Both the position numbers and the translations under genes were made by a program. From Azolla caroliniana (lineage: Eukaryota > Plantae > Polypodiophyta), in assembly GCA_043228905.1 (NCBI GenBank), contig JBHGNT010000004.1, positions 14,074,001-14,138,000 on the forward strand: a stretch of DNA of 64,000 nt, given 5' to 3'. Positions 1-11,917 of this stretch are shown here, one piece after another (position 1 is the stretch's first letter; every line of letters begins with the position of its first letter). The notes under the pieces were generated by a model. That model did not search any database. It was given only the letters and a program-made list of their open reading frames with translations, and was not told where the DNA came from.

Positions 1-337
1 GAGCGACCTCACTTGAAGTGGGTCAAGCCCTATGTACTCAACATCATTATGGCTATTGGCGTTTCTTTACGTAACGAAATCGAGGTCATCAATGGGGTTA
101 TCAACAATAAAAAATTGTTGAAAAAGGGATGGTGACAACGCCACTCTCACAAAAATGTGAGGACGGCCACCAATATCCTTTTCCCGACAAGGACAACTTT
201 CGATATAATCACGTAATAACGAATATACACATATGTTTACTTATCACATATATACGATCAAATACGTATATATGTGACCACATATGCCTATATTAAACAT
301 ATCGTTATATTAAATAGCCACAAATGATGTGATCGAG

Positions 338-607
338 ATACGTAATCGAGGTATATACCTCTACGCACACGAAACATCCAGAAATAAGAGATCATCGTAA
401 TATGCAATTGAGGTATTGACCTCTTACGCATACGAGACCAACCGCATATCGTTTACAACAAATCAAGGTATTAAACTCATACGCAAATGTAACATATGTT
501 CGTGAACGTAATACGTAATTGAGGTATTAACCTCGTACGCATACGACGCTCATCACATATTATTAATATGTCAAATGAGGTATTGACCTCGTGCACATAT
601 GTAAACG
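338..607. repeat. Array of 5 imperfect palindromic repeats (core GAGGTATT(G/A)ACCTC...) with ~55-62 bp spacing in the A1 leader
   Basis: Cores at ~348, 410, 464, 521 and 577. The same array occurs at 16630-16895. Confidence 0.8.
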
Positions 608-847
608 TTTTCGATAATCAATTAAAGACCACTACAACATCATTGACTTAATGAAAAAAAATGACATATAAACTAAACACATGATTAGATGGGAGAAGAG
701 AGAATAGAAAAAAAATTCTGGAAAGAGTTACCGAAGTTCTTTGTTGATCGTTGTCTGGATCAAGGCCGACCGCACATTGATCGATCACCATCAATCAAAC
801 GACAAATGAAAAACAAAGAAACATTAGTACATAAATCTGATACCAAA

Positions 848-1301
848 TATTAGAGATCTAGGTACTAAAGTAAGCTTAAGATAAGGATAAAGTAATGATA
901 GATAGAAAGGAGAAAGAGAAAGAAGGGTGCCGATCCACCCGACCACCCCCGACCGAAGGGATCGAGAAGGACTCGAGCCTCGATCGGCGTCCCATACCAC
1001 CGCCGTGGCGTTGAGTCGTACCTGGTTCTGGCGCGCTCGCTACAAGGTTGACCCACCACAAGAGCAGAGTCTCGATGTAGTCAAAAGATTATCAAATGAG
1101 GGTAGCTAGGCCTCTTATTTATAGCGATACCCAAGGCCCCCAAGCAAGTTCACACTTGACCAAATGGGTTGTCTCAATCCCGAGGATTAAAAGTAATCCT
1201 CCCCTTCTTTACACTCTCGTTTAACCCTCACACTTATCCACGTGTATAGAATACTACGGTAAATTCTCACCACGGCATATTAAATGGTCATGCCCGTAAC
1301 A
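848..1301 (-). repeat. 5' LTR of A1 (~454 bp)
   Basis: Begins TG on the minus strand, has TATAAATA at ~1116-1123, and is followed 2 nt later by the iMet PBS. Homologous to 17135-17595 and 21113-21562. Confidence 0.8.
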
Positions 1302-3743
1302 AAAATGGAGTTGCTAAGAGAAAAAGCAAAACTTTGGTGAACATAGCAAGGGCATTAATGATAGAGAAAAATATGCCATTGTATTATTGGGCAGAAGCTG
1401 TAAACACGGCAAACTACATTCTAAATAGATGTAAAACATTGAGAGTACATGAAGTAACTCCTGAAGAGTGTTTCTATGGTAGAAAGTCTAGTTTAGAACA
1501 CTTAAAAGTGTTTGGATGCCTTGCATTTGTACATGTACCTGCTGAAGTGAGAAATAAGCTTGATCCAAAAGCTGAAAAACGTATTTTTGTTGGATATTCA
1601 GAAGAGCAAAAAGGGTATAGATGTTATAACCCTCTGACAAAAAAGATCGTGGTAAGTCGGGATGTAATATTTGATGAGTTGGGCAGCTAGTACAACCCAA
1701 AACAGAATGCAGAGATTGATGAAGACAATGAAAATGAAGACAGAGATAAATCTGAAAATGTAAGAGAGAGCCATAGAGATGGAAGCAATGTTGGACAACA
1801 AAGTCCAAAATCAACAGAATGCTCTAGACCATCTAAAAACTTAGGTGGTAAATCTGATTCAAATGCATGGAGTGGAAAACATGCAGGACATAAAAAATAT
1901 GATGATAAAAAGGGAAAACAGAAAATGCCAGAATATGAAATGCTAGATGATGGGTCCAAAAACATGGAAGATGCAAATTCAGATATATCATTGGATGATG
2001 AGATTGGTATACGAGCCCTGAAAATCCCTAGTATGGAAAAAGCAATGAAGGATGCAAATTAGAAACTGAGAAGATCAGATAGAGAGAGAAAGACTGTTGA
2101 AATATTTGGCTATGGCACATATATGGCTATGCATTATGCATACATGTCTAAAGTGGTACAAATCCCTGATCCAAACAGTTTTGATGAAGCAAAAGCTGAG
2201 AAAAAATGGGTGAATGCAATGCAAGAAGAGATTGATGCATTGGCTGAAAACAGAACATGGGATTTAGTGAAGTTACCAAAAGGAAAAAATGTGGTAGGTT
2301 ACAAATGGGTCTACAAGACAAAGCATGATTCCAATGGAAATGTTAGTAGACATAAAGCAAGACTTGTTGCAAAAGGATTTGCCCAAATGCAAGGAATTGA
2401 TTATGATGAAACATTTGCACCAGTTGCAAATATGGCAACCTTGAGAACACTACTTGTTGTGAGTGCAGCCAAAAGATGGGTTCTGCACCATATGGATGTA
2501 AAAAATGTTTTTTTACATGGTAACTTAGAAGAACAAGTGTATATTTGTCAACCACTAGGTTTTGAAGACAAGAAGCATCCTGAATATGTGTGTAAGCTGA
2601 AAAAGGCTCTCTATGGACTAAAACAAGCACCGCGAGCATGGCACAGGGAACTTTCAGAATCTCTGAAAAAATTTGCTTTCAAAATGTCAAAGGTTGATCC
2701 ATCATTAGATTTAAAGAAGATAAATGATTTCATTGTTGTGATCTTGATATATGTTGATGATCTAATCATTGGAGGTGATTCTATGGAAGAGATAAGTAAG
2801 TTGAAAAAAAATTTGGAAATGCAATTTCAGATGAAGGATTAGGGAGAGCTGAGATACTTTCTTGGCATTGAGATGATTAGATCTGAAAGTGGTATATATA
2901 TGTTGCAAAAACAGTATGCAACAACTATGTTGAAGAAGTATGGTATGCTTGGATGCAAACCTATTGGTATACTAGATAAGAACTGCAAATTGAGGACTGA
3001 TTCGGGAGCCAAAATAGAAGATGTAAACATGTACAGGTCTATGGTGGGCAGCCTCATATATTTGACCATAACAAGACCTGATTTGAGTTATGTTGTTGGA
3101 TTAGTCAGCCAGTTTATGCAACCAACAAAGCCACATTTGGATTGCATAAGAAGAATTTTGAGGTATGTAAAAGCTACTGAGTACCATGGACTGTTTATAG
3201 GGCTGATCTAGACATAAAGTTGGAAGGATATACATATGTTGATTGGGTTGGAAGCCAAACTGACAGAAGATACACACGTGGATATATGTTTACATTGGGA
3301 AGTGTAGCCATCTCATGGAGTAGCAAGAAACAAGCTAATGTTGCATTGTCAAGTACGGAAGCTGAGTATAGAGGAGCTGCAATAGCTATTTGTGAAGAGG
3401 TATGGATCAGAAGATTGCTTTCTGATTTGGGAGAATATATAGATGGTGTTGTCACAATTTGGTGTGACAATAGAGCAACATTCAGCTCGCAAGAAATCTA
3501 GTGTTCCATGCAAGAACAAAGCACATTGAAGTGCATTATCACTTTGTTAGAGAAAAAGTGATTGATGGAGAAGTGGATCTGTTGTATGTAAGTACAAATC
3601 AACAAGTGGCTGATATTCTTACGAAGGGATTGAGCATGGAAAAACATACACAGTTTAGAGACATGATGGGAGTTATAACCATCGGCATGGTAGCTAAAAA
3701 GCATGAACAAAAGAAGATTGAAGAAGACCTCAAGAAAGGATAA
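1302..3743 (+). pseudogene. Copia pol fragment with stops and frameshifts
   Basis: ORF pieces 1334-1690, 2123-2842, 2873-3211, 3220-3501 and 3501-3743 in INT-RT-RH order. Confidence 0.9.
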
Positions 3744-4020
3744 GTTGAGCTTGATTTGGAGTGTTGAGAAGCAAGTTCAACAAAGCTATGTGAAGCTTAT
3801 TCAGAAATAAGCTATAGTAGCTATTAGCTAATTAGCTACTAGTGGACATAAAGGTGAAACAACTATTTAGCTACAGACATCTAATTAGCTGCATATATAA
3901 GTCACTTATGTACTTAGGTAAAAAGTAGAAAAGTAGTAAGTAGTGTAGAGAGAGTAAGAACAGAAAAACAAAAAGTAGACGAGAGCGAGTTGAGCTCTAC
4001 GTGTAATGAAGTAGAAGTTT
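1302..4020 (+). mobile_element. Degenerate AT-rich Ty1/Copia element, 3' part (INT-RT-RNase H, then 3' LTR from 3762; right boundary approximate)
   Basis: Integrase C-terminal motifs (WAEAVNTA, LKVFGC), RT (KARLVAKG, LYGLKQAPR, YVDD) and RNase H (SSTEAEY, TKHIEVHYHF). LTR starts TGTTGA at 3762. Confidence 0.85.
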
Positions 4021-4083
4021 TTTGGATTGTGCAGCGGTAAGCCTCCTTCCCCTTCCCTTTTTCTGTCTTGAGCACTAAACGAT

Positions 4084-5099
4084 CTAGCACATCACGATCC
4101 GCTGTGCACACAGAAGAGCCAAAGCACCTTTGTAACAGTTTGCACGTAGTAAATCATTGGGACCCAATACATAGTGAGGGAAAGAACATTCACAATTACT
4201 TAAATGATGTGTATAGACCCGAAGGACATTAGGAATCTGACCTTTATAGTCTGCAGCTTTAGCTTTGATGTTGTGTTGTTTCCATTGCAGCTTTTGACAT
4301 TGCTCTTTTGTATGACCCTTCTTTTTGTAGAATACGCAAAAAGGATGTTGTCGCTTACAATCACGATTCGTGAATTCGTTGGGTGTCTTGCGTTTCCCAG
4401 CGAATTGCAACTGCTTAGTCCCGAGCGCTTTGTTGGGTTTGTTGTGGTCCTTCTTTGAAGTGCATTGATAGCAAAGAACTATTTCAACGGCCTCTTCAAA
4501 GGATTTTGGATCCTTATCGTGCACTATCCAGTGATAGTCCGAATTGGGGATGCCATTGACAAAACAAGCTATTAACCGATTGTCCCCTTCTAGACCCGAT
4601 TTTTGGATTTGGGTTCTAGCATGGTGGACATAGTCTTCTAGTGAGGAAAACTTCTTGCTAGAGAGATTCATTAAAGATTGAGTTGCCTCGGTTCGAGAGA
4701 TTGCCCCTTAAAAATTGTGACAAAATCTATCCAGGTAACGCGGCGGCGTTACCCCCTAGTTCTCGGCCGAACATATGCAATCTTCGTACTATTTGACGTG
4801 GGATAGAACTCAAAATGAGACTCCCATCGGCCCAACAACGTGCAGATTGCTTCTTCGATTTTTAACGACAAACGATGGTTCACCTGTCGCTCATCAGGTC
4901 AATTAGTCTCACGTTGTAAACTAATGACACGTGCCTCGAGAGCACTTTGAGATTGCCGAAGTTTGGTCATTTGTTGAGCGGCGAAACTAAGGTATTGGCT
5001 TATTTGTGAAAAATACATCTCAATGGACATTTGTCCAGGAGGATTTCCTTGAGTTCCTTCCGCTTAAGCGTATGACATCAAGTCGTTATTTTGAGCCAT
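4084..5099 (-). pseudogene. Degenerate Ty3/Gypsy-type gag of A2
   Basis: ORF 4084-4671 has a degenerate zinc knuckle (CVFYKKKGHTKEQC). The upstream part is homologous to the gag at 38297-38898. Confidence 0.7.
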
Positions 5100-5469
5100 T
5101 GAATGATTTTTTCTGGCAAAGAAATAGGATAAGGTCAGAGAAATAGTCATAACATCATGTCGTGATGTAAACATATCATGGACAAACATTAATCGATATC
5201 ATGATCTCACCTCAATACCCCTCTAGAAGTATGAGATGAGGTTGAAGATTAGGTTACTATGGTAACACAAAGGTGTTTTAAAAACCATGGGGGTGACAAA
5301 TAAATGTCTTTCCCTGATCTCTATAACGATTTTTTCATGGCGGCTCCCTGAGGCTTAACCATGTATGTTCGCGTCATCAATAATTTATACACGAAAAAAA
5401 TGTTAACAATAAACTATGGTGCCCACATATGTGGTTTCGGCTCTTTAAGTATTATTACGAGGACCCCGA

Positions 5470-5924
5470 TGTTGTCCAGAGGACAAAAATGTAAAATTAG
5501 CAAATTAGCAAACGCCGAGTCCGAGTATCACGGGCCACTGATGGCTCGGCTGTGTGTTAGGGGAAAAGTTATTTAAACGAGGAGCAGTACCTCAGAAAAG
5601 GAGAGAGAAAAATATAGGCGGAAGCACTAGCTTAGTCATTCGTAATTAGATAAACTCGTAAGGTCACCGGCCATAGGCCGTGTTATGTAACCCTTTTCTG
5701 CCATAGTAATATATCTTAATTGTGCCTATTTGTGCTGCATCAGTCTGTGGTTCGATCTATACCTATGAGTTTCACGCCGCCACGTCTATCAAAACCTCGC
5801 TAGTGTTTTCTCTCTAAGCCCTGTATCTCTCTCGCCGCCTCTGTACGAGCCTTCACGTACCATGCCCTTGAAGACCGATAGACGCAGATCTATCGAAGGT
5901 GTTCACCCAAAGGAACGGGTAACA
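5470..5924 (+). repeat. 5' LTR
   Basis: TGTTGTCC...GGTAACA; near-identical to 15438-15892. Confidence 0.97.
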
Positions 5925-5929
5925 CAATT

Positions 5930-5942
5930 TGGCACGCCCGGT
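5930..5942 (+). promoter_or_regulatory. Primer-binding site TGGCACGCCCGGT (probably tRNA-Arg UCU)
   Basis: Starts TGG, 5 nt after the LTR. Complementary to a tRNA 3' end ...ACCGGGCGTGCCA; tRNA identity from memory. Confidence 0.8.
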
Positions 5943-6247
5943 TACAGCTGTGAGTGCACAACGAACTTCGTTGAAGGGAAGCACCAGCCGCCGTTACGGC
6001 GCCCTCTCGCACCACGAGGTCTCAGCCACCTGCCCGACGCCCTGAGCCAGTCGAAGGAACTTCGGACTCGGCGGTCACTTACCAATCCTTTCCCGATCAA
6101 TTGGGGGCTTGTCCAGGGAAATCCTCGCCACCGGACACTCGATCGCGAGTGGATTCACCACCAGAACCCCCGTCGAGCCCTCCAGAGGTCAATCAACCGG
6201 AACTAAACCCTTTTTCGGTGCTACTAGAAGAACCATAGTACGACATT

Positions 6248-9200
6248 ATGCCATACCCATACCCACGATATGCCAACGGACCTGACGCGGAGTCACACAT
6301 CTGTGCCTTCATATCCACGTGGCAGGCTAACCACTCCACGCACCGCCTCACACCGGCCAAAATCGATGCCTCGAAGATTGCCGAGTTCACACTCTCCCTC
6401 AATGGACCGGCCGCACGATGGTACTCTCGCCTCGAAATAGGAGAGGCCACCACTTTCCAAATCATGCGCACAAAGTTCCTTGAGCTTTTTCATCGCGAGG
6501 TGCCTAAACGGGAACTGCTACGGCAATTCTTCTCTGTATGCCAGGAACCGCACGAAACGGTCGCGCAGTTCACGATCCGGTTCCAAGATCTCTACAGACA
6601 AGTGGCCGATGATGTCTTGGCACAACATATACCGGACACTTTCCTTTCCAGTTTACGAGAGCCTCTACGAACGACTCTCGCACTTACAAATTTCGCCAAC
6701 CATACTATCGAACAAGTCATAGCGCGCGTTCTCGCCCTCGATCGGAACCAGCACGGCACGGCCTTCTCGATGACATCCTTGCAAAACGCTCTTCCCCAAG
6801 AGGACAATCGCTTTCGCCAAGCCCTCCAATGCACGACGTGTTCAGGATCAAGGCACCTAGCCCTCGAATGTCCCCACCGACCACAGTGTCCGATCTGTCA
6901 GTCTCGAGCTCACATGGTCGAGCAGTGCGAATATAATATGCTGAACCGCACAACGGCAGCACCTGTCCGCCAGATCAAGCCATGCAATACATACTCTCGG
7001 CAGGAGGAGCGATATATCTACCACGACCAGGATAACGACCAACCGCGATCCCCGGATCGATGGCGCCGAAACGATGACTACCAACGTGATAATCGCCGTG
7101 ATTATTATCGCGATGACTGGCACGACGATTATGCTCGATACGATGACGATCGCGATGATCGGTATGACCGAAGGAACTCACGCATGGATCGGCGAAACGG
7201 CAATCGCAACACACGCAACAACAGAAGACCAAATCACAACCGCCGACGGGACGCTCCTCAACATGACCAACGCAACTCCAACGCACCTCAGAACAACCCA
7301 CCACCAAACGAGACCGAGGATCAACAACAACAACTTCCACACACAGACCGAGCGAACACCAGCAGCTCGGCTAACGTGACATGTTTTAAATGTAACCAAC
7401 CAGGCCACTACGCCACGCAATTTCCGACAACCAACCGTGGCAAGGCACCCGCGGTAAACAATATCATGGACGATGTTCAAACGGTCACTACCCGGAGTAA
7501 AGCGCAGACTACTCAGTGGCAAATCCAGGATGAAGTACGACAGGTAGCAAAAGAATGGGTTGACACGGCCAATAAAAATAATGTTGCATGCATGCAAACT
7601 GACATGAAGGACGGGCCCAGTGAAGTACCACAAACCCCGACACCATCCACGTCGTCGGAGGACAACCAGTTATGGGATGTTCTTACCAACTCCCGCATCT
7701 CACTGCCCCTACATAAACTGCTACCACTCATGCCGAGATTTCGGGACACCCTGGCGGCACTACAGGCCAATACTAAGGCCGTGACACCACCAGTACACCT
7801 CACCGAAGCAGGAACCGGTTCACCACTCATGGATTCTCAGAACCCAGCCATGCGAATCATCATTAAGGGACAAGACCTGCATGGATGCATCATCGACGGT
7901 GGATCCGGCGTAAACATTATTAGCGAATCAACGTGTCTCAAACTCGGCCTGAATCAATGGGAACCATGCCCCTTTTGGCTTCGGATGGCCGACACCCGCT
8001 CCGTTCGCCCCATTGGTTTAATCCGCCATCTCGACTTCACACTCGGAGGCCACATGTTCACGATCTCGGCCGTCGTGCTACGACTGGAGACACAAGGCGC
8101 CTACCCAATGTTACTAGGTTGACCATGGTTGCGTACAGCGAATATCAAGCAACATTGGCAACGCAACATGATCTCGTTCCGAAGAGGGAAGACAAAAGTC
8201 CGAATCATCACTAAAGAACGAGTCCCCGTCGCCCTCAACGCTTCGCCGTTATACGCGGAAGGGGTCCATATGCTCGACGGATTGGCCGATGAGGAGGTCG
8301 ATGACTTCCTAGATGATCATCCCACGATCATTCCTCTCTTCGAAATCAATGCCTTACCAACCATCGAGCCATCTAAAGACGAGGAAGTCACGGAGGAGTC
8401 ACCACCCCAGGATGAACCCGATGCAACCACAATTGCCGAGCTACGTCATGCTCGGGAGGCTTTCAAACGCGAACTCGCCATTTCACAACGAGTGAAAGCA
8501 TCAACCCTGGAAACAATAAACCTCGGTTCAGACGAGAATCCCCGTACGGTACAAATTGCCAATAATCTACCAACCGGTGAACGGGCATGTCTTGTTAAAT
8601 TACTCACCGACTACCAGGATGTTTTCGCTTGGTCTTACACTAATATGAAGGGGTTGGATCCTCAATAATACCAACATCAAATTCACATCTTACCCGACAC
8701 TCGGCCGGTTCAGCAGAGGCGCTACAGGATGAACCCCAACTACGCCGCTAAAGTCAAAGAGGAAATTGACAAGTTACTCCGAGTGGGCTTCATTCGCCCT
8801 GTTAAACGGGCTACATGGTTGAGCCCGATCGTAGTGGTCCCAAAGAAGAACGGAAAAATCCGCGTCTGCGTCGACTATCGGAAGCTTAACGCGGCAACAG
8901 TCACCGACGGTTTCCCTCTCCCATTCACGGATAGCGTCCTCGACACGGTAGCCGGCCACGAATGCTACAGTTTCCTCGACGGGTTCAGCGGCTATAATCA
9001 GATAAGAATGCACCTGGAGGATCAGGAGAAAACCGCTTTCGTCACGGAATGGGGTGTTTTTGTAGCAGAAGTCATGATGTTCGGTCTAAAAATGACACCG
9101 GCTACGTTCCAGCGCATCATCACTGAAATCTTTCATGACTACATCCCGACGTTCATGCAAGTTTTTCTCGACGATTTCGCCGTGTATGGCCATCGACGGG

Positions 9201-11386
9201 AACACATGACCCAGTTACAACTCTGCCTGGACCGATGTCGCCAAGCTCGATTGAGTTTAAACCCGGCGAAATGCGCGTTCTTAGTCACCAGCGGCAACCT
9301 TCTCGGCCACATTGTCAGTCAAGAAGGCATCGCTATGGACCCGGATAAAGTAAAGGCAATCATGGATGCCACCACACCCTCGAACGCTAAGGCACTAAGC
9401 CGGTTTTTGGGACAGATCCGGTGGCACAGCCGAATGATACGACACATGGCCGATTTCGCGACACCCTTACACGCCGCAGTCCATCGCCTTCCTTTCCAAT
9501 GGACGTCAGTCGAGGATACGGCTTATCAGACCCTGAAACGAATGTTGTCACATGCCCTGGAGGTCCAGTCTCCGGTTTGGTCCGAACCGTTTCACGTCTT
9601 CGTAGATGCTTCGGACATCGCCATCGGAAGTGCTCTGATGCAATGCACACCCCCAATTTGGTATAGGCCCGTGTACTACGCCAGCCGACGACTCTCGACC
9701 GCGGAAAAGAATTACTCCACCACCGAGCGGGAGGCCCTCGGTATGATTTATAGCATCAATAAATTTCAGCATTACCTCTTGGGCCGAAAATTTACCTTTC
9801 ACGTGGATCACTCGGCCTTTATTTATTTGGTCAATAAACAAGCCCTCACCAGAAGGTTGGCTCGGTGGATGCTCCTACTACAAGACTTTGATTTTCAGAT
9901 TCAACATCGACCCGGGGTACAACATCCCATCGCCGACTACTTGAGCCGTCTTGAGTCAGGAGAACCGGCGAAAACAACGTACGACGAGCTACCGGACACC
10001 AGCCTATTTAACCTGACCATTGTACCAGACGATAACAGAGATGAATGGATCACGGAGATGACCCATTTTCTCACTACCGGTGTACCTCCCGAGCACATGA
10101 CCCTTGACACGAGAAAACGCCTAGTAGTGCGTAGCCGGAATTTTTGCCTCGTCTCGGACATTCTCTACCACAAAGGCTCGGACGGCATATGGCGCCGAGC
10201 GATTCGGCAGTTCGAGAAGAACGTCGTTCTTCAGGAAGCCCACCAAGGAGTAGTTGGGGGACACTACGCCGGGGATTCCACGGCAAGGAAAGTTTGGCAA
10301 AGTGGATTATGGTGGCCAACAACGAAGAAAGATGCTCACGAGTTTTGCAGGCAGTGCGATTTGTGCCAATGACTGGGGCAACCAATGGAACAGTCACGGA
10401 TGCCACACCAGCCGATTCTTCCGTTGGACCCATTTCAAAAATGGGGTTTGGATTTTGTAGGCCCTTTCAAACCACCCGCGGCCCGAACAGGGAATAGATA
10501 TATTATCATTGCCACGGATTACTGCACCAAATGGGTCGAGGCTAAGGCACTCCAAGATAACACGGCGGCATCCACGGCTAAATTTGTGTACGAGCACCTC
10601 TGGTGCCGTTACGGATGTCCAATCGAGCTCGTTAGTGACCAAGGTGGGCACTTCATCAATCATATAATACGTGAGCTTACACACCACTACGCGGTGGTGC
10701 ACAAGAAAAGCACACCATACTACCCGCAGGCGAACGGCTTGGCAGAATCGACCAATAAAATCCTCCAAACCATACTGAAGAAGATCGTCAATGAAAACAG
10801 GACCGATTGGGATGACAAACTCCAGAGCGCGCTATGGGCATATCGTACGACTTTCAAAACAAGCATACAATCGACCCCCTTTCGAATGGCGTTCGGGTTA
10901 GAAGCTGTAATGCCCGTCGAGTTCCAAGTCCCGAGCCTCCGAGTTCAAGTCAAAGCACAGCTCCCCGAGGCCGAATCCGAGCAATACCGGCTGGAACAAC
11001 TCCTCAAACTCGGGGAAGATAGGATAGAGAGTATGGCCCAGCTCGAACAACGCCAACGGCAACGCAAGGCTTTCGTGGATCGACATCGACATGGGCTAGA
11101 GAAGGAGCTCACCATCGGCAAACCAGTTCTTCTTTTCCAAACACGACTCGGGTCAATGCCGGGAAAATTAAGATTTCGGTGGACCGGTCCATTCTGGATC
11201 ATCGACGAGTTCAATGGGACGTTCCAGCTCGGCACACTCGCCGGCGACACGGTCAAAAGCTGGGCCAATGGTTTTCGGCTTAGACCATATCGAGGGACTA
11301 CACCACCCAACCCGTTTACCGAGCCACACGGCACCAACGAGACTCGGGAGATCACCACGGAGGACGCCACGTGTCCCCCTGAATAA
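6248..11386 (+). pseudogene. Single-frame gag-pol (gag, aspartic protease, RT, RNase H, integrase) with three premature stops
   Basis: ORFs at 6248, 8129, 8729 and 10385 share one frame, with stops at 8120, 8666 and 10370. Motifs: CCHC knuckles, IIDGGSG, VDYRKLN, FLDDF, DAS, HHCC, WGLDFVG/SDQG/NGLAE and WTGPF. Confidence 0.95.
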
Positions 11387-11917
11387 GGACTCACCCACCT
11401 TCTTGAAATTAATAAAAGTAGTAGTAGGTAGGATTAACCATAGTTTAGCCACTGTTTAGCTACACCTACACCACCCACCTAGGCACCCACAATTTTAGGA
11501 GCACCCCTCGCCACCACTCAGTTAGAACCTATTTAAGTTGTTCACACATGCAAACCACATGCAAAGCACTAGAAGCACCCCACTCACCTTCAGGACACGT
11601 GGTGCTAGTCACTTATTATGGCACCCACGACTCAGAATCTTCAGGATTCGCTGCAGGCACAAAACCCTAGGAATAAGTTACTAAAACCGTTTCCAAAACG
11701 CAGCACAGACAATTATCGCTCCCAATCTCCATTGCTCTCAAGATCAGAAACCCCATCTCGCCCTCATCATGCTAAGCGCTCTTGCTCTCAAGCCCTCTTT
11801 CGCTCTCATAACCTCTCTGCTGGACTTCCCCTTCCTGTTGTTCCTCCTGTGGCTCGCCCTCACCTCATCACTTTGCTTCACGCTTCCACACAGTCGAACC
11901 CAGCCTCCATCTCCACC

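Larger units (their letters stand above)
1..1301 (-). mobile_element. 5' end (LTR, PBS, leader) of iMet-primed LTR element, family A copy A1; continues off the left edge; inserted into a Copia integrase
   Basis: 1-1301 is colinear and homologous with ~16296-17595. PBS TGGTATCAGA lies on the minus strand at 836-845. The LTR starts TGTTAC at 1301 (minus). Copia integrase sequence resumes at 1302. Confidence 0.85.

Noticed and set aside
338-607. CRISPR-like array (palindromic repeats with spacers)
   Set aside because: Repeats are degenerate, the spacers are homologous between two copies and partly to each other, there are no cas genes, and the context is a eukaryotic retroelement leader.
8120-8122. 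Programmed stop-codon readthrough between gag-PR and pol
   Set aside because: The TGA replaces the Arg of LLGRPW, which is intact in the sister element near 41290. It is a point mutation.
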